IMG/VR virus record: IMGVR_UViG_3300027754_000039
Location: 96,001-160,000 of that record
Direction: 5' to 3' (one strand)
Length of the DNA stretch: 64,000 nt
Source of the DNA: a virus
Part shown: in pieces, positions 56,636-64,000 of the stretch
Layout of the letters: each line of letters starts with the position of its first letter
Position numbering within the stretch: position 1 is the first letter of the stretch
Position numbers and translations under genes: made by a program
Notes under the pieces: generated by a model
Databases searched by the model: none
What the model was told of the DNA's origin: nothing
Seen by the model: only the letters and a program-made list of their open reading frames with translations

Positions 56636-56667
56636 TTAAAATAAGTATTTCATTTGTATCTACCAAA
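56636..56667 (-). promoter_or_regulatory. Promoter TTTG-N20-TATTTTAA
   Basis: 56643-56674 is 31/32 identical to 57763-57794. Confidence 0.8.
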
Positions 56668-56668
56668 T

Positions 56669-56881
56669 TTATTTTACATCATTGTCAATCCAACGCATTG
56701 ATTTGTATAATTGCAATTCTAATAAGTCTAATAGGTAGTCTCTGATTTCTTCATACTCCCAACCTTCTTCAAGCATATCTTCCGTAATCTTACTGATACT
56801 GAATTTTAATTCGATTAATGCTGTTTGGTTTATTAAGCTTTCAATTCGCTCTGTAGTGTGTTTGTCTAATCTCTTGTCCAT
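56669..56881 (-). CDS. Hypothetical protein
   Basis: Start revised to MDKRL, which has the same AAAAAATAATATTATG leader as the next gene. Confidence 0.6.
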   Translation of the reverse strand: MDKRLDKHTTERIESLINQTALIELKFSISKITEDMLEEGWEYEEIRDYLLDLLELQLYKSMRWIDNDVK

Positions 56882-56891
56882 AATATTATTT

Positions 56892-57236
56892 TTATTTATC
56901 AAATCCAACAATTCCAAATTCAACTTCTTTACAAAACCCTTTTTCAACAAGGGTAGAATATTCTTGAGCTAACCACCAAGCTTGCAACCTATCAACTTCT
57001 GCATGCATCTCTTCACGAATCTCTTCTCTGGCCATCATAGCAAATGTATAACCAGTTATGGACTTGGTCATCTCGTTGAGTTCTCCTGCTGTCCATTTGC
57101 GATTGTTAATAGCTTTTGTTATGTTCTCTTTCATCCGCGCAACAACCTTATCGTTATGTGCATACATTTCTTTACTGAATGGACGAGTGATAGTAACTCC
57201 ATACTGCTCACCTAATACTTTTACTTTTGTTGCCAT
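56892..57236 (-). CDS. Hypothetical protein
   Basis: ORF track. Confidence 0.65.
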   Translation of the reverse strand: MATKVKVLGEQYGVTITRPFSKEMYAHNDKVVARMKENITKAINNRKWTAGELNEMTKSITGYTFAMMAREEIREEMHAEVDRLQAWWLAQEYSTLVEKGFCKEVEFGIVGFDK

Positions 57237-57240
57237 AATA

Positions 57241-57345
57241 TTATTTTTTAAGTATTAAAATTAATTTTAAAAAGCCGGCCATTATATACAGCGCAGCTAC
57301 TGCAACAGCTACTACTATTGCAATATTATATAGTTTCTTTTCCAT
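57241..57345 (-). CDS. Single-TM peptide (34 aa)
   Basis: Manual: MEKKLYNIAIVVAVAVAALYIMAGFLKLILILKK*. Confidence 0.45.
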   Translation of the reverse strand: MEKKLYNIAIVVAVAVAALYIMAGFLKLILILKK

Positions 57346-57721
57346 TGTTTTTACAGATTTCTATTAGTTTATCTAGACAAGCTTGTTCTGCTTCTTCATA
57401 GGTTTTTGCCCATCTATAACTATACTCACTAAGTTCCTCATCTAACCTATAAACATGAACTTTATACAAAAGAGTTAAGTCATCTGCACGTTTATCTGCA
57501 TAAACAGAGTGGTAAAGTTCATGTTTCTCTCTAAAAAACTTGAAAGCTTGTTGGTAGAGTGGTGCTAAGATGTAATCAAATTCTTGTGCATTTTCTTGAT
57601 TTTTGCATTCTTCTATTCTTAACAGAATGTGCTTTAAATCATGTTTTGCTAAGCAAGGTTCATCAAATCCTAACTCTTTTAAAGCTAAGGCTTGTATGTA
57701 TGTTATAAATTCATTTTCCAT
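57326..57721 (-). CDS. Conserved Bacteroidota-phage-type hypothetical protein
   Basis: ALALKELGFDEPC...APLYQQAFKFFREKH...TYEEAEQACL.KLIE. Confidence 0.7.
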   Translation of the reverse strand: MENEFITYIQALALKELGFDEPCLAKHDLKHILLRIEECKNQENAQEFDYILAPLYQQAFKFFREKHELYHSVYADKRADDLTLLYKVHVYRLDEELSEYSYRWAKTYEEAEQACLDKLIEICKNNGKETI

Positions 57722-57755
57722 ATTATAAGTCCAAAAGTTTTAATTATTTATATTG

Positions 57756-57787
57756 TTAATTTAAGTATTTCATTTGTATGTACCAAA
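57756..57787 (-). promoter_or_regulatory. Promoter TTTG-N20-TAAATTAA
   Basis: Near-identical repeat. Confidence 0.8.
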
Positions 57788-57788
57788 T

Positions 57789-58364
57789 TTATTTTTTAAG
57801 TGTTATCGATCCTCCCTTACTACACGCCATACAATAATAACCAGCCCAAGTGCTATGATGTTTAACCTTCATTCCACGCTGATTGCAATTCGGACACACA
57901 CCTTGCAGCGTAGTCGAGTTCGAGTTTAAAACTCGCTTCAGTCGCTCCGCGTTTCGTTGCATGTAACTCTTTTGCTGCGGTACACTTTTTTGCGGTAAAA
58001 CTTTTGCAGTTGCGTTTGATACAGAACCCACGAATACATTTGATTGCGGCGGTGGCGCAGCCGGCAGTGCATGCGCGTGTTGCTCGGCGCGGCGTTCGGT
58101 TCGACGAAATTTTGCATTGCCTTTGTAGAACAATCCTTGCGAAGCCTTCACAGCTGCAAGCAGCATGGTCATTTCTTCCACACTCAATTCAATTTCTTTT
58201 TCAGGGTGAAATGCACATTTTCTCACGACTTCCCATTGCTCATCGGTCACCAAATCCACATCAAGTTTGCGAATAAATAAATGACCTCCTTTAGGCGAGG
58301 CAATTCCAACACCAGCAGACTCGATAGAATCCATCCAGCGATTTGTTATTTTACATACAGCCAT
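57789..58364 (-). CDS. Hypothetical protein with C-terminal zinc ribbon; locally GC-rich
   Basis: CPNC...YCMAC; 36/60 G+C at 58021-58080. Confidence 0.7.
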   Translation of the reverse strand: MAVCKITNRWMDSIESAGVGIASPKGGHLFIRKLDVDLVTDEQWEVVRKCAFHPEKEIELSVEEMTMLLAAVKASQGLFYKGNAKFRRTERRAEQHAHALPAAPPPQSNVFVGSVSNATAKVLPQKSVPQQKSYMQRNAERLKRVLNSNSTTLQGVCPNCNQRGMKVKHHSTWAGYYCMACSKGGSITLKK

Positions 58365-58365
58365 A

Positions 58366-58608
58366 CTATTTACATTTTAAATAAATACATTCCATTCCAT
58401 TGCCATCGGTAAATTCTTCCGTAATGATATATCCTAATTGAGATCTTGTTGATAAATTGAAATTTGCAATTTCTTCATCAAGCGCTTTTTGTTCCATTGC
58501 GTAAATGCAAAATTCTCGATAATCAACTTCATCATTTTCAGTCCACCCACTATAAGATTCATTAACTTCTGCTATGTGCGCTATACACGCTTCTAAAATT
58601 TCTTCCAT
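58366..58608 (-). CDS. Hypothetical acidic protein
   Basis: Start revised to MEEIL (AAACTAAAAAACATG leader). Confidence 0.6.
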   Translation of the reverse strand: MEEILEACIAHIAEVNESYSGWTENDEVDYREFCIYAMEQKALDEEIANFNLSTRSQLGYIITEEFTDGNGMECIYLKCK

Positions 58609-58672
58609 GTTTTTTAGTTTTAGTTTTTTAATTATCAATTGATTAAATATACGTTAAAAAATTGCGTAATCC

Positions 58673-58858
58673 TTAAGATATATACTCTTCATAAATTTCC
58701 CTTAATCCATCTTCATCAATAATGAATGGATTCTCATCAGAACATAATCCAAATCTTCCATTATCATAACACATAAATTTATCTACTTCGAATTGCTCTA
58801 TTTGAAATCCGTTTTCAATTAATTTTGCTAATACTTGTTCTGTTGTCATATTTTTCAT
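58673..58858 (-). CDS. Hypothetical protein
   Basis: Same AAACTAAAAAACATG leader. Confidence 0.6.
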   Translation of the reverse strand: MKNMTTEQVLAKLIENGFQIEQFEVDKFMCYDNGRFGLCSDENPFIIDEDGLREIYEEYIS

Positions 58859-58863
58859 GTTTT

Positions 58864-59010
58864 TTAGTTTGAAAATTCTTTTGTAATTAATTCGAGCCCT
58901 TTTGCATATTGCGCTTCAGTACAGTTACCAACAAGACGCATGGCATCTAAAATAAATTTTGCGTCTTTTTTAGTGGGCGCAGATTCCACCATTGCTTTTA
59001 TCTTTTTCAT
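58864..59010 (-). CDS. Small hypothetical protein (48 aa)
   Basis: Manual: MKKIKAMVESAPTKKDAKFILDAMRLVGNCTEAQYAKGLELITKEFSN*; first gene after the 59046-59077 promoter. Confidence 0.6.
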   Translation of the reverse strand: MKKIKAMVESAPTKKDAKFILDAMRLVGNCTEAQYAKGLELITKEFSN

Positions 59011-59045
59011 AGTATGTTGTTTTACATATAGGAATTACCTATACA

Positions 59046-59077
59046 TAAATTTAAGTAATTAATTGCCAATTACCAAA
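59046..59077 (-). promoter_or_regulatory. Promoter TTTG-N20-TAAATTTA
   Basis: Family member; palindrome starts 15 nt upstream. Confidence 0.75.
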
Positions 59078-59091
59078 TAGTAGCGAAAGAT

Positions 59092-59788
59092 AATTGACTT
59101 GAGAATCAAGGAGTTACGAAATAGCGGTATAACCTTTTGACACTCAATTGGATACATTTGCGGCATTCTATAACCGCCTATCATCCCTAGAGTGTATTAA
59201 GGTATTGACCCGGGGAAGATCGACTGTGTACGGGGTGTATTTGAAGGTGGGTTTTCATGGTCTATATGTCATTGATACTTAAGTGGTTATAAAGACGTAA
59301 TGTATTGATACTCAATAGGTTGCGTGATTTCCATTATATAAAGGCCTGGGTTGGGGGAAGAAATAGCCCGCAGATTGTTCAGATTTTATTTGGTAGTTTG
59401 AAAAATTTTACTATGAGAAGACCGGCGCGGTTTACCATAGGTCGTTCTATAGCTAGCGCCAGTAAATTAAATTTATTGCATTGGGCTTAGGCAAAGAGCC
59501 TAAGGGGAGTTATAAGGGCACCTTATCCTCCCAAAACCAGGTCTATATGAAAAAACTTATTGTCTCAATTGATACGTGGTATAGGCCCCAGCGACCGAAT
59601 ATTTTCATTGGGTTTCAGTGATATTCACCCTTGATTTACGGGGGTTGAAACCCTTGATATACTAGGGTTTTACGTGATTTACCCTTGATCTATAGACTGA
59701 TATCTAGGGAGTACCCTAGGTCTACACCCGTTAAACCCCTTGATTTACATAGGGTTTGTATAGGTCTACCCTAGGTTGATAACCCTTG
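59092..59788. repeat. Array of imperfect 25-bp palindromes (10-bp arms, 5-bp spacer, TTG-N5-CAA core)
   Basis: Copies at 59092, 59130, 59265, 59298, 59624, 59647, 59733; half-sites at 59678 and 59779. Confidence 0.8.
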
Positions 59789-60221
59789 ATGCATCTCTAT
59801 AAGGTTGCGCCATGATTCGAAATGCTGGATCCATACCTATATTGATGTAAGATGTCCAATGGCGTATCCATTCTGATTTGTATACTTGAGTAAATTCTCG
59901 AGTAGCTATATTGAGTTCTCGAGCTATATCGAGTCCTTTACTCCAAGCTTGATACTCTTGCTCTATAACTAGCGCTTGATCTGATTTGCTGTATCTATAT
60001 ATAGATAGTAGTTCACTATTAGAGCATTGAGTATGCCCCGCTTCGTGTAATAAAGCGCATAGTAACTTTTGAGTATGCGTGTATTGTTTAGGAGCGTGTA
60101 TTGTGTCTGTATCTGTATCTAAATAATAAGAGCTGGAATCGTATTTTACAGAGTAGCCCCGGGAAGAGAGATACTTCTCTATTCTTCCCTGAGCAATTTT
60201 AAAGTCTATGATATTAAACAT
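59766..60221 (-). CDS. HExxH metallopeptidase-like protein (ImmA/IrrE-like)
   Basis: ALLHEAGH...EQEYQAW..G. Confidence 0.75.
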   Translation of the reverse strand: MFNIIDFKIAQGRIEKYLSSRGYSVKYDSSSYYLDTDTDTIHAPKQYTHTQKLLCALLHEAGHTQCSNSELLSIYRYSKSDQALVIEQEYQAWSKGLDIARELNIATREFTQVYKSEWIRHWTSYINIGMDPAFRIMAQPYRDASRVINLG

Positions 60222-62385
60222 TACGAACGAATAATTTATTCAATGATAATGATAATTGAGTTAAGTTATTGATGTCAATCATTTCTGCATTCTTACCATA
60301 CATTTCTTGAAAACGTATACGAGAACGATCCAAACCATAATTGCTGTCTGATACAAAATAGGATAACACCTTGATGCCATTCTTACGCATTTTGTCTACT
60401 TGTGCTTTGGTATGCTTAATAGCATAGTCACCACCGTATTGGATATTTTGATCTGAGTATCCTGGCTCACCGTCTGATATATTAATGAAGTACATTTCTT
60501 TACCATTAGCCGATGCAATAACCTCTTTCATAACAGCTTGAAAGCATAACCCTTCAGGAGTGGATCCACTACAACATACTGCATAAGCCTTATGTCTAAA
60601 TTGCTCGAACTTATCTTTACGTGAATCATATACAACCCACATCAAAGGAGTTTGATTACCATAATTACCCATTGTACCTCTTGCGGATATAACTACATCC
60701 ATAGATGATATCATTGATGCTGCTTTGGCAATGGCTATTGAAGTTTTCATTGAAGCTTCCCATTTAGATCCATGCATTGATCCTGACGCATCCACTGATA
60801 TATGTATTAGTGAAGGAGTCACTGTATTGTGTATAGTTTGAGTAAATACATGATCATTACCAAAGCCTAATTCTGCAACCAATCTTCTGTCAATGCGACC
60901 TGTTTCCATTCTTGTTGTCTTAAGAGTTCTATCTTCATCACGCGTCTTTAAACGCTTACCTAATAGTGTACCTAGAACAATACCTTCAGCAACATAATCT
61001 TTACCCCAACCATTGGTAATATTAGCTTTATATTCTTCTGGGTCTTGAGCTTGAGAACCTAACAGGTCAGAATCAATTAAATTCTTATTAATTCCTTTAA
61101 CTACTGTGCAATTAGTTCTATTTCCATTATGTCTATTGCTAGTGTCATTTGGAATATCGCCACCCACAGACTCCAAAGTCATATTAGATTCAGCAGCGGC
61201 ATTTACTTTATTAGCTTCTGACTTAGATAGTGATTTCTTTTTAATCTTACCATCTAAAAAGTCTTTTTGCTTTTGTATAGCGTCTGCTAAATCCTTAGCC
61301 TTTTTAGCCTGCTTAGGATCTACCTTACCTTGTTGTGCTTGAGCGTCACCGCCATCTTCAGATGTACTCTCTCCCTGCATATCCATATTAGGATCTGCTC
61401 CTGCTCCACCCATTTCATCATTCTCATCTTCATTGATGTCAGCTCCGTTGCCACCATCTCCTGGATTTGTTTTATCTTCTTCTTCGGGCTGACCGTCCCC
61501 AGGACCACTGCCTTGAATTCTATCCAACCCACCAATGTCATTACAAATAGCTTTGAATACCTCGCCGGCTACTTCAAATACTGCAGAGGTAGACTTAAGG
61601 CGAGAGATATCTCGAATATTAATAAGATCCCATATCTCTTGCAATGCTGGTAGAGTATTAAGCTGTCTATTAGGATTGGCAAAGTTAACAATATGGAATA
61701 TGTAATCATCCCAGGTGCGTTCACATTTCACTCCACTAAGCAATGCCTCGTCTATTTCCTTGGCATTGAAATACTTATCATACAAGGCTTTGTAATAACC
61801 TTGATACCCAGGAGCCGAATCATACACAAATCTATCTATACGTCTATCCTCAATAATATTAACTAGATCTTTAATCTTAGGTGCTACGTCATATCCGTCA
61901 CAGACTTGTCCCGGAAAGTAATTAGTATGCCATTCCTTCATTCTTTCTATAAAGCTAGAGGAAGTTAATAAATTTGTTTTAGTGACAGTGAAATCGGTTA
62001 AGGCAATATGACTACCTTCGTGTAATGCTAATCCTACAGTGGCGTCAAATTCTTTCTCATCCAATTTAGCTGAGATAACTACTTGCTTACCGTCCGTATA
62101 GGATTGGTTACCTGAAGAATACATAACCTTAATGTCATCCTTATTGGTTACAATTCTAACGAAGTTACCTATTGCTCTTTTATAAGCAGCTAGCTTAACA
62201 ATATTCACGGTAGCTTTTTCCTTAATGGAAAGACTGTCATCCTTTGCTAGGAAATCGTCATCCAACCAAAAGCTGGAATTGGAATAGGTTGATTTATAAG
62301 GACTTTTATACCCCGAAGAGTAATACCCTGATGTCCATTTATTTACTTGCTTAGTAAGGGCCTTGGTGCTAAATTTCTTTGCCAT
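60214..62385 (-). CDS. vWA-domain protein with N-terminal HExxH (DUF2201/CobT-like) domain
   Basis: LALHEGSH...NIIEDRRID; ISVDASGSM (MIDAS), STPEG, INISDGEP. Confidence 0.88.
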   Translation of the reverse strand: MAKKFSTKALTKQVNKWTSGYYSSGYKSPYKSTYSNSSFWLDDDFLAKDDSLSIKEKATVNIVKLAAYKRAIGNFVRIVTNKDDIKVMYSSGNQSYTDGKQVVISAKLDEKEFDATVGLALHEGSHIALTDFTVTKTNLLTSSSFIERMKEWHTNYFPGQVCDGYDVAPKIKDLVNIIEDRRIDRFVYDSAPGYQGYYKALYDKYFNAKEIDEALLSGVKCERTWDDYIFHIVNFANPNRQLNTLPALQEIWDLINIRDISRLKSTSAVFEVAGEVFKAICNDIGGLDRIQGSGPGDGQPEEEDKTNPGDGGNGADINEDENDEMGGAGADPNMDMQGESTSEDGGDAQAQQGKVDPKQAKKAKDLADAIQKQKDFLDGKIKKKSLSKSEANKVNAAAESNMTLESVGGDIPNDTSNRHNGNRTNCTVVKGINKNLIDSDLLGSQAQDPEEYKANITNGWGKDYVAEGIVLGTLLGKRLKTRDEDRTLKTTRMETGRIDRRLVAELGFGNDHVFTQTIHNTVTPSLIHISVDASGSMHGSKWEASMKTSIAIAKAASMISSMDVVISARGTMGNYGNQTPLMWVVYDSRKDKFEQFRHKAYAVCCSGSTPEGLCFQAVMKEVIASANGKEMYFINISDGEPGYSDQNIQYGGDYAIKHTKAQVDKMRKNGIKVLSYFVSDSNYGLDRSRIRFQEMYGKNAEMIDINNLTQLSLSLNKLFVRNV

Positions 62386-62409
62386 ATCTTATATATTAAT
62401 GTCTATTCA

Positions 62410-62441
62410 TAAATTTAAGTATTTACTTTCTAAATTCCTAA
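62410..62441 (-). promoter_or_regulatory. Promoter TTAG-N20-TAAATTTA (vWA gene)
   Basis: Variant; palindrome starts 15 nt upstream. Confidence 0.7.
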
Positions 62442-62455
62442 TCTTTTCGAAAGAT

Positions 62456-62505
62456 TTACGGCTTGATACTCAATGAGTTATAAGTCATTGATACTTAAGT
62501 AGTTA
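62456..62505. promoter_or_regulatory. Tandem pair of 25-bp palindromes upstream of the vWA-gene promoter
   Basis: TTACGGCTTG-ATACT-CAATGAGTTA + TAAGTCATTG-ATACT-TAAGTAGTTA. Confidence 0.75.
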
Positions 62506-62514
62506 CGGTATATA

Positions 62515-62537
62515 AGGAAAGGGGGTGCAACACCCCC
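62515..62537 (-). terminator. Rho-independent terminator after the AAA+ gene
   Basis: GGGGGTG-TTG-CACCCCC followed by TTTCCTT. Confidence 0.75.
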
Positions 62538-62556
62538 ACTCCAACCATAAAAAATA

Positions 62557-63693
62557 TTATTTTGCTATATCGTCTGCTCCGAATAAATCACTTTTGGTCT
62601 CTTCAGGATTAATACAATATTTTTGTACTATTTGTTTTACATAGGTACGCTCCGAGTCAACTCCTCCATCCTCGCTAAAGAAAGGATATATACCAACCTC
62701 AGCGGCTTCTGTCAAACTAAACCCATCATATATTAATGATGTCAACTCCACAGCAGCACGAGTGGATAGCGAGTTAGTCAATTTAGGATTAGATGACTTA
62801 CACTCCTTACGAGTTTGAGAAGCGATCTCTGCAATTGCTTGCACAGCTTCTGTCTGCGCTGCTGGATACTTCATCTTTAATAAAGCGAATTCCATTTGCT
62901 CATCTAATTGATCCATTTCAATAGTGATGAATCGATCCTGCAACGCTCTATCCATTACACGAGTGGAAGTATACTCATTACCTACGTTTGCTGTGGCAAT
63001 GAAACTCACACCTGGTGCTACCTTAATAGTCGGAGCTCCGTCTTTTTCATCAAGGCGTAAATACCTTTGATTAAGATCCAATACAGTCATTAAGATGTTC
63101 CAAGCTTCAGGATGAGCTCTAGATAATTCATCTAACAGGATGACTGCATTTTCTGTCTGGATTGCTTTAACGAATAATGACTCCGCAAAGTAAGTACCAT
63201 CTTCTTTTGAGAAGTGAGTATTACCTATCAAGGTAGCACGCGGATCTTGAGTGGCGCCTAAGTTAAAATAAAAGTCTGGACGCTCCAATGCACTAACTAA
63301 ATACTTAGCGGCCATTGTCTTACCTGTTCCTGCAGGACCTGTCATCATGATATTCCTACCACGCATTGCTGAGCGTACAAGATATTTCCATTTCAGGTCA
63401 CTCATGATTAACTGCTCCGGCTTAAGACCAGTGGAGGCGTGGATGAATGTTTTCATTACATCATGCTCGCTATTAGCAGCTATCAATTCCACAGGAGTGT
63501 CTACCTGTGCTTGCATTGCGCTGGTCGCAAATGCCCATTCATTGGTTACATTATCCAATACTAATTGTGCTCCCTTTTCTGCCGCTGCACGTCTAAGTGA
63601 GCGATCAATTTGGTTAGACACATCCTTACCTTCAGCGGTAATGGCTTTCAAAAAACGACCTTCTTGGGTCACGGTTGCAATTGTTACTTTCAT
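62557..63693 (-). CDS. MoxR-family AAA+ ATPase (CbbQ/NirQ/CobS-like)
   Basis: GPAGTGKT, ILLDELSRA, FIATAN.G.EY.....MDRALQDRF, STR. Confidence 0.92.
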   Translation of the reverse strand: MKVTIATVTQEGRFLKAITAEGKDVSNQIDRSLRRAAAEKGAQLVLDNVTNEWAFATSAMQAQVDTPVELIAANSEHDVMKTFIHASTGLKPEQLIMSDLKWKYLVRSAMRGRNIMMTGPAGTGKTMAAKYLVSALERPDFYFNLGATQDPRATLIGNTHFSKEDGTYFAESLFVKAIQTENAVILLDELSRAHPEAWNILMTVLDLNQRYLRLDEKDGAPTIKVAPGVSFIATANVGNEYTSTRVMDRALQDRFITIEMDQLDEQMEFALLKMKYPAAQTEAVQAIAEIASQTRKECKSSNPKLTNSLSTRAAVELTSLIYDGFSLTEAAEVGIYPFFSEDGGVDSERTYVKQIVQKYCINPEETKSDLFGADDIAK

Positions 63694-63725
63694 ATTTTTT
63701 ATTTTTATGGTTAATTCCTTCTTCT

Positions 63726-63757
63726 TAAATTTAAGTATTTAATTCCTTATATCCTAA
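63726..63757 (-). promoter_or_regulatory. Promoter TTAG-N20-TAAATTTA (AAA+ gene)
   Basis: Variant; palindrome starts 15 nt upstream. Confidence 0.7.
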
Positions 63758-63771
63758 TCTTTAGGCAAATT

Positions 63772-63823
63772 AAATGCCTTAGTACTCAATGAGTTATATA
63801 ACCCATTGGTTATCAATTAGTTA
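63772..63823. promoter_or_regulatory. Tandem pair of 25-bp palindromes upstream of the AAA+ gene promoter
   Basis: AAATGCCTTA-GTACT-CAATGAGTTA + TAACCCATTG-GTTAT-CAATTAGTTA. Confidence 0.7.
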
Positions 63824-64000
63824 TTTTTTCTAAAGGCATAGCAAGACCAATATTTGGATCCTACTGCCTTATATTGCGCTTGGCTATATAAATTAGATCT
63901 AGACCAATCCTGATTAATGTGACCCACTGTCATATTAGCTAACATATCACTGTCAATAGTGGTAATTTTATTACCTGTTCTTGCAAACACCTTAAACCAA
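63817..64000 (-). CDS. 3' end of a hypothetical ORF (start outside the window)
   Basis: Open frame ...WFKVFARTGNKITTIDSDMLANM...YWSCYAFRKNN*. Confidence 0.6.
   Translation of the reverse strand, partial: WFKVFARTGNKITTIDSDMLANMTVGHINQDWSRSNLYSQAQYKAVGSKYWSCYAFRKNN

Noticed and set aside
58644-58675. Possible 16th promoter TAAG-N20-TATATTTA
   Set aside because: The -33 box deviates at two positions from TTTG; the spacing fits, but support is too weak to list it as a feature.
59305-59490. Plus-strand 61-aa ORF in the non-coding region
   Set aside because: Opposite to all other genes, starts inside a palindrome, and has no recognisable motif or promoter.
59092-59788. CRISPR or mini-CRISPR array
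   Set aside because: The repeats are degenerate and irregularly spaced (overlapping to over 300 nt), with no constant-length unique spacers and no cas genes.
453-63742. All plus-strand ORFs in the track (e.g. 453..659, 7492..7806, 10178..10480, 25325..25684, 33001..33402, 61330..61653, 63347..63742)
   Set aside because: Each lies antisense to a longer minus-strand gene, an RNA gene or a repeat/intergenic region, has no recognisable motif, and mostly shows the Ser/Phe/Leu-rich composition of shadow frames.
1-64000. Diversity-generating retroelement, invertase shufflon or integrase
   Set aside because: No reverse transcriptase, recombinase gene or TR/VR repeat pair was seen in this window.

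Overview
This is a 64-kb, strongly AT-rich (about 30% GC by eye) segment of a large T4-like (myovirus) phage genome, with every credible gene on the minus strand. The host is probably a Bacteroidota, inferred from -33/-7-type promoters, a DUF4494-like gene, lipoproteins, glycosylation-like sequons and a general lack of Shine-Dalgarno motifs. Left to right: (i) a gp20-like portal and a large terminase split into two ORFs joined by an atypically split intein; (ii) a cluster of probable capsid-internal proteins sharing an 'MIKLxD(L/I)LxE' leader, including a 921-aa multi-module protein (HIGH-type nucleotidyltransferase plus KxDG ligase-like domain) and a gene broken at an A10 run; (iii) SET and glutaredoxin-like genes, an Mre11-Rad50 fusion, primase and a Holliday-junction endonuclease; (iv) baseplate/tail genes, a CHAP+C39 lysin, a gp55-like late sigma factor, an HD protein and ClpP; (v) a long accessory region with UvsE, a methyltransferase, tRNA-Glu, a tRNA-like RNA, a lytic transglycosylase, DNA ligase, holin, ThyA, a tmRNA with a 24-aa tag, and many small ORFs driven by repeated promoters; (vi) a largely non-coding region with a family of 25-bp palindromes at a fixed distance upstream of three promoters, and a MoxR AAA+/vWA/HExxH triad. 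All family assignments come from motif recognition by eye; no database searches were run.
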